A DNA stretch of 63,244 nucleotides, filler included, from Octopus bimaculoides (taxonomy: Eukaryota), in NCBI RefSeq assembly GCF_001194135.2. It is 11 parts of 9 records of this genome, joined end to end, with 100 filler letters (N's around TTAATTAATTAA, not from the genome) between each part and the next. Parts side by side here need not be neighbours in the genome. Positions count along the whole stretch, not along the records: positions 38,862 to 49,017 come from NC_068984.1; positions 49,118 to 57,668 come from NC_068985.1; 9 more parts are not named here. One strand, written 5' to 3'. The position numbers and the translations under genes are program-made. Below are positions 38,862-51,722 of the stretch, piece by piece. The stretch's first letter is position 1. Every line of letters begins with the position of its first letter. The notes under the pieces were generated by a model. That model had not been told where the DNA came from and did no database searches. It was given only the letters and a program-made list of their open reading frames with translations.

Positions 38862-41800
38862 GAAGATAGGCAAACTTACAAGTATGGTACTTTGGCGAAG
38901 TTAAGTCTAAACTTGACAAAGGAGGTTGCTCCTGCGAAATTGCTAGCAAATCAATTTCCGCGGGAGTGGAAATAGAATGCACAGGGAGTCGCGAAAGAGC
39001 ATCAGCTGGGATGTTCTCTTTCCCTGGCACATGACGAATGTCACCTGTAAACTGTGAAATAAAGTCCAGGTGACGAAAAGCACGAGGAGAGAGTTTGTCC
39101 GTTTTAGAGGATAGAGCGAAAGTGAGGGGCTCGTGATCAGTATAAATCACAAACTCCCGTCCCTCGAGCTGATGTTGGAAATGCCGAACTGACAGATAAA
39201 TTGCTAATAGCTCGCGATCAAAAGTGCTATATCTACGCTCGGCAGGCTTTAGTTGGCAAGAAAAGAAAGCCAAAGGATGTATGTCTCCATCTACGGTGTG
39301 GTGTAAGACAGCACCAACCGCGGAATCTGATGCGTCCACAGATAGTGAAAGGGGGGCTTCAGGAGCCGGATGTGCAAGGACTGGAACGGAGGATAATTCC
39401 CGTTTGACGGACTCAAAAGCTGACAACGCCTCAGCAGAAAGAGTGAGTCGAGCATCCTTCTTAGTGTGGCCTTGCAGTAGCCTAGTTAATGGAAAAAGCT
39501 TATCAGCACATCGGTGTATAAATCTTCTGTAAAAATTGACATTCCCCGTCTTAAAGAAGTTGGAGGTGCGATGCGTTGAATGGCATCGACCTTTGAAGGA
39601 AGTGGTCTGATTCCACTGGAATCAATAAAATGTCCGAGAAACTCCAGAGAAGATTGCCCGAAAATACATTTATTCGGATTGACTTTCACGTTATATGAAC
39701 GGAGTCTCTGGAAAAGCAGTGATAAATGATGGAGATGATTTTCTTCCGTATCGCTAGCGATGAGTATGTCATCAACATAAGCAAAAACAAAATCAAGTCC
39801 ACGGACGACCTCATCTATGAATCTTTGAAAGGTGCTGGTAGCATTTCGCAAACCGAAACTCATGAACAGGAATTCAAAACAGCCGAAAGGAGTGGTGATG
39901 GCTGGCTTAGGAACGTCCTCTGGATTGACCGGTATCTGATGATNNNNNNNNNNNNNNNNNNNNNNNNNNNNNNNNNNNNNNNNNNNNNNNNNNNNNNNNN
40001 NNNNNNNNNNNNNNNNNNNNNNNNNNNNNNNNNNNNNNNNNNNNNNNNNNNNNNNNNNNNNNNNNNNNNNNNNNNNNNNNNNNNNNNNNNNNNNNNNNNN
40101 NNNNNCCGGGCGAAAATCCGTGTCCCCTTTACGGGCCAAATGAATAGGAGATGCCCATGGGCTGGTGGAGGGGCGAATGAGGCCGAGTTGAAGTATGTGT
40201 TCAAACTCGGCCTTGGCCGTCTTAAGACGGTCAGGCGCTAGACGACGTGGGCGCGAAAAAAGCGGGAGGTCCAGTCGTCTTGATGTAATAGAGGGTGGAA
40301 TGCGCGAGCATTGCCGGTTTGAAAGTAATGTCCACCAGCTCCGGAAAAGACGCTAAGAGTGAATGAAAAGCGTCCCCAGCAGTGGCAATAAAAAATGCTG
40401 GGCTAAGAGGGGAATTGGTAGAGCTCCTTGCCGGCGTGGAAAGGGATGTCGAGTCGTCGACATGCCTCCGACGTCGGAGATCTACCAACAACTGGAAATG
40501 ATTTAAGAAATCCGCACCTAAAATAGGATACGGAATGTCAGCTATGACAAAAACCCATTGGAAGTCTCTACGAAGACCGATGTCTAAACGTAGAGAAAGC
40601 TGACCAAAAGTAGGAATCGGGGACGAGTCAACGGCGTGCAAAACAATCGCCGAGCGGCGAGGTTTGTCTGAAGTAAGGCGAAGTGGCCAAATGCTACAAC
40701 AGGAGCCAGTGTCAACCATGAAGAATTTCTTCGACACCTGGTCTTGAATGAATATTGCACGATTGAAAGTTGGTTTAGTGGAGGAAAGTGACTTGCTCAT
40801 TTTCCCCTTCACGCGTTTCCCGTTTGTTTGAAAGAACAAGGCTGAATACATTTTCGCGCCTTGTCAGCGAAGGTCACATGGTACCAACACATACCATTTT
40901 TAGATCTGTTGCTTCCACGATTTCGAGAAATGCTGCGATTACGGGATCTGCTCCGAGACTTCGAGCAACAGAGGTTGTCTACACGACGTGTGAGATTATC
41001 GATCATACGAAACATCTCATCGTTGGACACAAAAGAGGACTGCCGTAGAGCATCTGTGGATGCCTCAGCACACTGCCAAACAGCGCGAGAAGGGTTTCCC
41101 GAGTATTCGAGAACTCTATCGGCCATTGTGGCCACTTGGTCCACAGTGTTCGACTCGAATGCCGTCGCTAGAATAGTTTTAACGTGCGACGGCAGACGAG
41201 AAAAAATATCTTGCGAAGAAGTGGGGCATCTGTTGATTCACCGCTTAGCTCCCGTAAATGTGTTAGAAATTCCGTGGGAGTTCTGTCCCCGAGTTGTTCG
41301 TCTGCCATCAGCTCATTGAATCGGCTGGTGGCAGACCTGGTGGTCCTGCGTAGGATCTCGTTTTTTTACCTCGTCATATGTGACGTCATCTTTCGGAGAT
41401 GTGAGTAGGTCTTTAGACACTTTTGTAATCGATGGAGGCAGATTGCAATACAGCAACTTTAACCTCTTAGTTGGCGAAACGTCATAAGCGTCAAAATAAG
41501 CCTCCAATTGAGCGAAGTAAACATCGGTATCACCGATAAATGTGGGTAAACCATGCGACATTTTCTTATTGGGATGACTCCGTCAAGATAGGAAAAAGGA
41601 ATGGAAAGAAACAATGAAAACGAAACCGTATGAAATATACGAGAGGCCCAAAAAAATTTTTCACCGCTAATGAAAAGGACACAATAGTGTTTGTTATGTT
41701 TCCCTCGGGTGACTCGTAGAGATAACATAACGAGTTATANNNNNNNNNNNNNNNNNNNNNNNNNNNNNNNNNNNNNNNNNNNNNNNNNNNNNNNNNNNNN

Positions 41801-41933
41801 NNNNNNNNNNNNNNNNNNNNNNNNNNNNNNNNNNNNNNNATGAGACTCTTCCTGTATTCCTTCCGGAACTAGTCCCTGCGCATGCGTGGGTAAACTTTCC
41901 GGAAATGTCGTTTGCTATTAAGGCGTCACTACA
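38862..41933 (-). mobile_element. Gypsy LTR retrotransposon (CsRn1-like): 5' LTR, gag, protease, RT, RNase H; gapped and frameshifted
   Basis: LTR starts TGTAGTGACG at 41933. Gag FIGDTDVYFAQLEAYF, protease VDTGS, RT AYVDDILIAS, RNase H VDASD..VGAVL and STFDRELLAIY...YTDH. Confidence 0.92.
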
Positions 41934-43800
41934 ACATCATCATAACTGACAAAGATCATCATGAACATGACAATAACCCTTATCCAGGCAGCCGAAACAT
42001 CTGAGTCAATTCTCTCAGAAGCAAATCAGCTTCCTTGGACATATTGGAAATTCAACAATAAAAGCTGATCCCCAAAAGTATCAAGCTCTACTAGATATGC
42101 CAGAACCAAGAACATTGAGAGAACTAAATCGTACAATAGGCATTTTTGCATATTATGCAAAGTGGATACCTAAGTGTTCCAGACTCTCCATTCCATTTAC
42201 AAGAGCCAGAGAGAGTATTAACAAAGCAGGATTGCCAGAAGAAGCAAAAACAGCAATTGCATCGCTAAAGACTGCATTGGTAAATGCCATACTTGTCGTT
42301 CCACAACCTGGAATACCGCTTACCATCGAAACAGATGCTTTCGACCTAGCCTTGGGAGGGAGGCTATCACAACAAGGAAGGTCCCTTTCAAAAACAGAAA
42401 AACACCAATCCATCATCGAGAGAGAAACCGGCGCAATCGTAGAATGTTGCCGCAAATGGCGCCACCTAATACATGCTTCCCCATACTGCAAGATCGTCAC
42501 CGATCAACGCTCAGTGGCGATGCGATGGTCTTCAATAACATCACCAAACATAAAAAATAAAAGAATGAAAGACTTATACACTGGCGTTTGGACCTCTCAG
42601 ACATCAATTACACAATCTCCTATAGACCAGGAACTCAAAACAAAGCAGTAGAAGCGCTATCCAAGATGTGCAGCATCAAGAGACACTACAACACTAATAA
42701 CCCTTTCACAAACAACTGTGCCACTCAGGAGTGACCCACCTACTTCTCTACTTTAAAGTACGAAACCTGTCGTTCTCCCTCAACGAAATCTGCGAAATGA
42801 CACTCGCTTACTTTACACGCAACAAACTCAAACTTCGCTTCCACAAACCACTTATGGGTCAAATACAAGCATCGAGATCTTGGGAGCGCCTATCCATTGA
42901 CTTTGTTGGTCCCCTGCCATTAACCACACAATACTTCTAGTTATTATTGGTAATAGTCGATGAGTACTCAAGGTACCCATTCGCATACCCATGCAAAGAC
43001 ATGAGTACCGAAACAGTAATTTCCAAGCTGCTCAACCTCTTTTCATTGTTCGGATCACCAAGTTGTACCCACTTTAACAGAGGAACCCAATTTGATCATA
43101 AGCTCCAGGACATCCTTCACGCTAACGGGACAATAAAAACTAGGACATCTCCCTAGCGACCTCAAGGCAATGGCCAATACGAAAGGACCAACGGTACCCT
43201 CATGAAGACCATAAATCTAGCACTTAATTCACTACAACTAGATAAAAGACAATGGTTGACAGTCCTTCCCATGGTACTATCAGCCATGAGAGGACTCCTC
43301 TGTGCAGCTACCAACACGGCGACCAGTAATAAAGTCACAGGAAAAAATGTCACAATAATAAAGTCACAATTAATTTATAAGATCCGGACAAAACCCCCTC
43401 GAACTACACCTCCAGACAAAACCACTGTGACTATATTACCGTGACTTTTTTCCTGTAACTTTTTACCTGAGACTTTTTCACGTGGATTCACCAACACAAC
43501 CCCTCATGAGCGAATGTTTAAATTTTCAAGATCATCGACAGTGGGAACCATTCTACTTGAATTCCTCCAGAATATCGGAAGTACAATACTGCATCGTCGA
43601 CATCTCAGAAATAAATTGTTGGAGACGATTTCTCCCCACTTTGCACGCGTACAATTTAGAAACGGACGAATAGATACAGTGTCGGACACAATCTCGCTCC
43701 AGCAGGACAATCTTTCAATCGAGGAAGCAAAGAAAACACACAAACACAACCAGGGCTAACTACATAAACAGAGTTCGATACAGAACAACAAAATCCACAA
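41934..43800 (+). mobile_element. Second Gypsy element, pol remnant (RT end, RNase H, integrase)
   Basis: ISFLGH, IGIFAYYAKWIP, IETDA...LGG, TDQRS, WERLSIDFVGPLP, VDEYSRYPFA and GNGQ.ER.NGT. Confidence 0.88.
43318..43489. mobile_element. 172-bp MULE-like MITE inside the Gypsy integrase
   Basis: Inverted aaagtcac/gtgacttt subrepeats. 8-bp TSD accaacac at 43310-43317 and 43490-43497. Removing it restores CAATNTTPHERMF. Confidence 0.75.
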
Positions 43801-45775
43801 ATAATAAATCAACAAGGAGCCGACCTCGACAGTTCACCAATAGAAGCAAATGTATCAACAAAGAAACGGAACTCACAGTCCGGCACCTGAAAACACGCAG
43901 ATTAGCAACTGGTGAAGAATACCTGAACGAGAATAATACAAATAACAAAACTTACGAAGAATACCTCAACAAGGATAATACGGATAACAAAACGCCAACT
44001 ATTTAAGGACAAAAAGAGACGAGAAATAAAGTTTGAATAAAACCCTTCTTTGAACTTGTTTATGACAATCAGAGACTTTATTTTTCTAATGTATTAATCT
44101 AAGATAGTTAGGTGTACCTCGGGAGAGATTTTATTGAAGTTTCTAACAGTTTAAGTGACCGTAGTCTCCCTCGTTGAAACGAAAAAATGAGTTACAAATA
44201 AATAAATAAAATATAAAAAATATAGATGATCTTGGGTTTATAGGTACATATTTCTTTGGTTTGGTAATGAAACCAAAACAATCTGCCGACACTTCAAAGT
44301 CACTGTTAATCTTTCAGTTTAATGTTGAATTATATATAATTTGATATAAAGACTTAGTAGTCTTGTAGCTATATACTTACAAGACTACCCTGTTTGGTGT
44401 CTAAATTCCAATGAAGGGATTTTATTTCTAGGATACAAACAGGTTCTTTATTAGTGACAAACTCGAAAAATGCAACCAGCCAACCAACCCGCACATACGC
44501 ATGCACACAAAGACAGAAAGCGGATAGATGTTGCTTTCGACTAGCGAGTGTACCAGTTGTCCGATGCCGTAAACTGCTTATTCATTTTAACTAACGAAGT
44601 GCAAGTCATCAAAAATATCAATGAAACATCTTTATTCGTGTTAAATAAGTGTCGCCATGCACATGTTGAAAAGGTTTAAAACAATCTCTTTTTATTAAAC
44701 ATAGCAATTCATCTGCCCACTTCCAAGAGAAACATTAGTATAAGCATATTTCAGAAACACTTGTACCCTCATAACAAGAAACAATCTTCAGTTACAATAA
44801 GTCTAACAGCGTGTGTGCCCTCGAATAACGAGTCAGTGGAGAATGATAAAACGGAGATACATTTGCTGCCAAGAGTACTTGGTGTAGCTCTAAGTAAAAA
44901 CATCAGAGAGTTCACAGGTACAAATTATTGAGAAGTAGGCACTGTCAGAATTGAAAGTAGAACTGACAAGGAACGTTACTGCTGGTTTGAGTTGATTCTT
45001 TGGCTACTGACTAGCCGGAGCTATCTATCTGTCTGTCTGTCTATCTCACTATCTCTCTCTCTCTATCTATCTATCACTCGTTCACCTCTGTTTGTGTCCG
45101 TAGAATTTATCAAATTAGAAAACGCAAATTTAATATAAAAATATATTTTCTGAAATTGCAAATTATTTAAAATATAAAAATATAATTTTCAACAGAGAGA
45201 ATTTATCAAAATAGAAAACAAATGAAGTTTGAAGTTTAAAAATAATAGGATCGACCACTCACGACTAGCTAGCGCGGACGCGCGACTGCGCGTTCGGGAC
45301 CACTCTGCTTTATCGCTCCGGCCAGTCATGGTATTAGCTGTCAGTAGCCAAAGAATCAACTCAAACCAGCAGTAACGTTCCTTCAGATTTTTCTACTTTC
45401 ACTTCTGACAGCTAATACCATGACAGTGACGAGAAGTAGAACCTTGGTGGGTGAATAAAAATATCAATTTATAGAATAGAGAATACACGAGGAAAATTCG
45501 TGATGACATAGTCGCTTGATTAAGAGCTCTTTTGAGCAAGAAGGAAGTAAAAGTGATTAGTGAGTTGCCAACTACACCAAGCAGTCAGCTTGTTACATTC
45601 ACTGATCCTTTGACAATCTCTACTTCGAATCATTTTACAAGATTACCAGGGAGATGTTTACTGTATAACAATGGCAAAATACCAGTGCTTAGAAAAGTAT
45701 TTAATTTTATCCCAATGTGGACTTCTTTAATGTAGGTACGGGATCATTGTCTTCTGCTTCTTGAGTTTGCTTTTA

Positions 45776-45824
<49 letters not shown>

Positions 45825-46681
45825 TTTGAATATATACGTTTTTGCGTCGTAACTCCTTTATTATTATTAATATAACCAAAAGGATCGATTCTTGAAGAGT
45901 CTACATACCTTCACTGTCGTTTTTTCTGCTATTTTGGTGATGATTTTTTGAGTTAGCTTACCAATTATTTTTGTTGGTAGTTAATTTATNNNNNNNNNNN
46001 NNNNNNNNNNNNNNNNNNNNNNNNNNNNNNNNNNNNNNNNNNNNNNNNNNNNNNNNNNNNNNNNNNNNNNNNNNNNNNNNNNNNNNNNNNNNNNNNNNNN
46101 NNNNNNNNNNNNNNNNNNNNNNNNNNNNNNNNNNNNNNNNNNNNNNNNNNNNNNNNNNNNNNNNNNNNNNNNNNNNNNNNNNNNNNNNNNNNNNNNNNNN
46201 NNNNNNNNNNNNNNNNNNNNNNNNNNNNNNNNNNNNNNNNNNNNNNNNNNNNNNNNNNNNNNNNNNNNNNNNNNNNNNNNNNNNNNNNNNNNNNNNNNNN
46301 NNNNNNNNNNNNNNNNNNNNNNNNNNNNNNNNNNNNNNNNNNNNNNNNNNNNNNNNNNNNNNNNNNNNNNNNNNNNNNNNNNNNNNNNNNNNNNNNNNNN
46401 NNNNNNNNNNNNNNNNNNNNNNNNNNNNNNNNNNNNNNNNNNNNNNNNNNNNNNNNNNNNNNNNNNNNNNNNNNNNNNNNNNNNNNNNNNNNNNNNNNNN
46501 NNNNNNNNNNNNNNNNNNNNNNNNNNNNNNNNNNNNNNNNNNNNNNNNNNNNNNNNNNNNNNNNNNNNNNNNNNNNNNNNNNNNNNNNNNNNNNNNNNNN
46601 NNNNNNNNNNNNNNNNNNNNNNNNNNNNNNNNNNNNNNNNNGTGGATCCATCTATGTGCGCTTGTTTGTGTATGCGTCGTA

Positions 46682-46732
<51 letters not shown>

Positions 46733-46734
46733 TT

Positions 46735-46900
46735 GTGTGTCTGTGTTTGTCTCCCCAACATCGCTTGACAACCGATGCTGGTGTGTTTACGTCCCCGTAA
46801 CTTAGCGGTTCGGCAAAAGAGACCGATAGAATAAGTACTAGGCTTACAAAGAATAAGTCCTGGGGTCGCAGTCAAATGACTGAAACAAGTAAAAGAGTAT
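46735..46900 (+). mobile_element. Major SINE 3' half with internal deletion
   Basis: Similarity to the other copies. Confidence 0.85.
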
Positions 46901-47103
46901 ATGTATATATGTTTATATATATATGTATACATGAATGTGTGTATATATATATGTTTATATACATAATATGTATATATGAATGTGTGTATGCATATATATA
47001 TATATACTTTATTTAAAAGCAGCAGAAATATAACAAAAAACTGTTACTCGGAGTTTCACTTTCCCTTTCNNNNNNNNNNCATCTTGTGCATTTATATGCT
47101 TAC

Positions 47104-47148
<45 letters not shown>

Positions 47149-47665
47149 TCTGTATCTTTTTCTCCTTTTTATTTCTCTCCGTTTATTGTTGTTTGACGAT
47201 TGTTTTATTTTCAATATTTATTAGTTTTAGTCGCAGGCATTTACATCGAGAATCGAATTGTTTCTCACTGTAAACCGTTGTAACAAGAATTCCCTTCGAA
47301 AACAACAATTTCACCAAAACGTTTTTCTGTTTCTCTTCAGATACTACTTTCCTTTTTGTTATATAACTAACATTTCAATCATTCTTACAACACAAGCTTA
47401 ATTTTTGAATCTGTTATTTTAATTCGATCGTTATCATATTTCAAATTCGAAACCAAAAACAAGCTTCCAAAAAAAATATTTTAGAGACCAAATATTTTAA
47501 AATCTCTTCATTGGTAACATGCAATTTATCTGCTGTATGCTTTTTAAACTGAAGCTATTTATTTTACTGCTTTTTTTTAATTTTAGATATTTTGTCTCTT
47601 ATTTCATCGACTGTTACAAAGAGTAAATACTGTAAAGTGCTGTTGAAGTACCATCGTCCTTATAA

Positions 47666-47788
47666 ATGGCTCTACAGAAGTCGTCATCTAAGCCGAAAAT
47701 CCTTCGAGGGTTCGAACTTTCTATAGTCATTGGTAAAGGAAGCTATGGAGAAGTGTGGCTGGCTCGGCATATCAAAGACAAAAGACCG
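47666..47788 (+). CDS. NEK4: NIMA-related kinase (NEK4-like), first coding exon MALQKSSSKPKILRGFELSIVIGKGSYGEVWLARHIKDKRP
   Basis: ATG at 47666, Gly-rich loop GKGSYGEV as in NEK4, and a phase-0 donor gtaatt at 47789 just before the expected subdomain II. No downstream kinase exon was found in the window. Confidence 0.72.
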
Positions 47789-49136
47789 GTAATTTTATAT
47801 TGCGTATATTGTATTGTTTGATTTCTTTTATCTTTTATGAATTGGTAGAATCGTTTGAAGTTTGTCAAAATGTCTTGAGGTATTTAGTTGTGGGTCTGAG
47901 TTCAAATCTCAGTCAAGTAGTGGGTCTATTATAATTAACATTTCTTTCCCCTAGGTTTCTGGCTTTGTACCTATAAGAGAAATTATTTAATTACTAGTGC
48001 AGTGTCCATCAGAAACAACGGCGTTTACTTTTGTAATTCTTAATCTTTTTGCTTTGCTCTATTTTTTGTTTCATTTGGTGTGCTCGCCTATCTCACTTGC
48101 TCTTCGATTGCTCCCCCCACATCAATTTATTTATTGTTGTGTAGATTGCTTGTTAGAGTGTTCTGTATTGTCGATGACCTGTGTCGTGTGGTCTAGCTGG
48201 CTGCATGTATAACGAATGAAGCAACTCATGGACTTTTAACGTATTTATTGCTGGACACGATTTACTGCATTGGCTATGTTGATAATATAATTACTGACTG
48301 AGAGGAGAGAACTGGAAGAGTGGTCGCGGTGCGCGCACTCGCGCAAGCTAGTCGTGACTAGTCGATCTTACAACGACTAGCGCGTATGCGCAAAACAAGT
48401 ATGAGTGTTTTATTTAAAACAAAGTAAATCATTTTTTTTTGTTGAATCTTCCCCATCTTACTCTTAAAACGTCGTTTTACGTTCTTCCAGGGAGTATTTT
48501 GGTGTCAAATCTATTTCAGTAATCCCATTGTACGCACTCCAACAATCAGAATATATAGTCGTCCCTGGTTTTAGATTTTGAAAGAGCGACTTTTTAATGG
48601 ACTCTTTACCAAAAATAGGTAGTGTATGATTTATTTACGGTACTACTCAAGCAGAGCGGACCCGAACGCGCAGTCGCGCGTCCGCGCTAGCTAGTCGTGA
48701 GTGGTCGATCCTACGAAAAGTGCGCGCGCGCGCAAATGAATACATGTGTGCGCGCGCGCGTATGCAAATTAGTAAATAATTTCTTTTAAACAAAGTAAAT
48801 AATTTTTTTTAAATTACTTTTTTCTTTTCTAAACAACGTAGATAGGTAAAAGGAATAAAAATAACACACTATCTGTTTTTGTTAACTTCATACATTTTTT
48901 CCTTTTAATTAAATTTTGTGAACAAAATAATTTTTATTTTCTAAACAACGTAAATAAATTTTAAAAAAGGTGCACATTGGGATTAGACACTGAGGGAAAC
49001 TTGATATGCTAGAAATANNNNNNNNNNNNNNNNNNNNNNNNNNNNNNNNNNNNNNNNNNNNTTAATTAATTAANNNNNNNNNNNNNNNNNNNNNNNNNNN
49101 NNNNNNNNNNNNNNNNNTATATATATAGGCACAGGA

Positions 49137-49520
49137 GTAGGTGTATGGTAAGAAGCTTGCTTCTCAAACAAATGGTACCGGGTTCAGTCCCAGTATGTGC
49201 TATCTTGGGTATGTATCTTCTCTTATGGCTTCGAGCCGACCAAAACCTTCTGAGTAGATTTGGTAGACGTAATCTGAAAGACCGCGATCGTCGTATATAT
49301 ATGTGTGTGCGTGTGTGTGATTGGGTCAGTGTGTGCGTGAGCGCACGTTTTTGTGTGTGTTTGTCCTCACCATCGCGGCTTTACATCCGATGATGATGTG
49401 CTTACTTTACTATGACTAGCGGTTCCGACAAAGTGACCGATAGAATGAGCTGTCAACATGGAGCACCTCTTTTTATTTTTTTTTTTAGACGAACAAATCG
49501 ACCGCGGTACTCAGTCGTTT
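49137..49520 (+). mobile_element. Older, diverged copy of the major SINE
   Basis: Head ggcacaggagtaggtgtatggtaagaagcttgc and diverged body. Confidence 0.75.
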
Positions 49521-50204
49521 AAGTTTGATACTTATATTATTGGTTTGTTATATTATGATACTTATATTATTAGTTTGTTATGGAAACGATAATTTACGAG
49601 AATGTAATCAACACTATTTGTCCAACCTTAGTAGAGTGACAAAGCCAAAGACGTGCATCCCAAATACGGCGCGCGCAAACACATCTTCTCATAATGTGTT
49701 TCTATCAAATTAATTCACAACACATTTACAGCCATGGGCTATAACAGAATACGTTTTTGGAAGATGCGAATAGTTTCGCTGAACCGGAAATCAAACACAT
49801 GTAACATATAAATATTAACTTTAAATATCAATATTATTTTTATAGTGTTCTCTTTGATGATTATGTAGGTACAGTAGTTGTAGTACTAAGGAAAGTATCT
49901 GACATTTACAGCTCTTTTACTTGTTAATTCATGAAAGAAGACTTAATAGCACATTCGTATATCCTCCCTATCAAAATGTTATGATAATGTTGTATTTAAT
50001 AGCAGCAAAATAACTAGATTTTGCAAATTTCTATGGTTTTATGACGACAAAATACAATCAAAATATATAAAGTATGTCCAAGTTTTGCAGTTGTTTAAAT
50101 ACACACACAAACACACACACACACATACACACACACACACATACATACACACACACACACACACACATACACACACACACACACACATACACATATATAT
50201 ATAT

Positions 50205-50395
50205 TCTTTTATTCCTTTATTTGTTTCAATCATTTAACTGTGGCCATGCTGGAGCACTGCCTTTAGTCGAGCAAATCGACCCCAGGACTTATTATTTGTA
50301 ATCCTAATACTTATTCTATCGGGCTCTGTTGCCGAACCACTAGTTGACAGGGACGTAAACACACCACACCAGCATCGGTTGTCAAACGATGCTGG
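50205..50395 (-). mobile_element. Major SINE 3' half
   Basis: Similarity to the other copies. The head is lost in the gap. Confidence 0.85.
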
Positions 50396-50433
50396 CTGTG
50401 GGGTCAAACACACTAAAACAAATATATACATAC

Positions 50434-50472
<39 letters not shown>

Positions 50473-51722
50473 NNNNNNNNNNNNNNNNNNNNNNNNNNNN
50501 NNNNNNNNNNNNNNNNNNNNNNNNNNNNNNNNNNNNNNNNNNNNNNNNNNNNNNNNNNNNNNNNNNNNNNNNNNNNNNNNNNNNNNNNNNNNNNNNNNNN
50601 NNNNNNNNNNNNNNNNNNNNNNNNNNNNNNNNNNNNNNNNNNNNNNNNNNNNNNNNNNNNNNNNNNNNNNNNNNNNNNNNNNNNNNNNNNNNNNNNNNNN
50701 NNNNNNNNNNNNNNNNNNNNNNNNNNNNNNNNNNNNNNNNNNNNNNNNNNNNNNNNNNNNNNNNNNNNNNNNNNNNNNNNNNNNNNNNNNNNNNNNNNNN
50801 NNNNNNNNNNNNNNNNNNNNNNNNNNNNNNNNNNNNNNNNNNNNNNNNNNNNNNNNNNNNNNNNNNNNNNNNNNNNNNNNNNNNNNNNNNNNNNNNNNNN
50901 NNNNNNNNNNNNNNNNNNNNNNNNNNNNNNNNNNNNNNNNNNNNNNNNNNNNNGGATTTGGTTTGCAAGATTTTTTATGTGATTTCGTGTGTTGAAGCAT
51001 ATTCTGTTGTGTCTGGGGAGAGTCATTTTCTTTCCGTGACTTAAAATTTAACACACTCACCGTTAAAATTTCCACTTATTATTTTTATTTTCCTAAAATT
51101 TTCGTTGCGTCTTGCAACCTTTTCAATAGACTTGACTCTGTCCGTTATTCACGTTGCGTTCTGTTTTTGCTTTCCATTTTTTTGCGCATGTGTGTGTCTC
51201 AGTGTGTGTGTATGTATGTATGCGTGTATGTGTGTATGTCTGCGTGTATGCATATGTATATATGTATGTATATGTGTGTATGTATATATGCATGTATGTG
51301 TGTGTTTGCATGAATATATGTATGTATTCTGCATTTGATTGTTTGTTTTTTTATATGTATGTGTGTGCGTGTGTGTATATGTATGTAGGTACCTCTGTCT
51401 CCTTGTGTGTGCATGTCTGAGTGTGGGTACGTGTGTGTGCTCTGCTTATATGTACCATTTTTGCATGTATGAGTGCACATCTTCAAATGTGTGGACAAAT
51501 GTGTATGTATATGTGGTCATGTGCTTCAGTCTCTATTTGCCTATGTGGTTGTCTGTTCATATACCCTATGCACCTACCCATACATACATGTGCATGCATC
51601 CACACACACACACACACACACACACCCACCCAGACTCACAGACATACATGCCTCTATCTGCATAAAAACCCATCAACTGTTCTACTTTACCTGTGTAAAA
51701 TGTCGGTATGGGGGTATGATAT

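Noticed and set aside
45532-45735. 67-aa ORF upstream of the NEK-like exon
   Set aside because: It has a non-ATG start and no recognisable domain. At most it is an untranslated exon.
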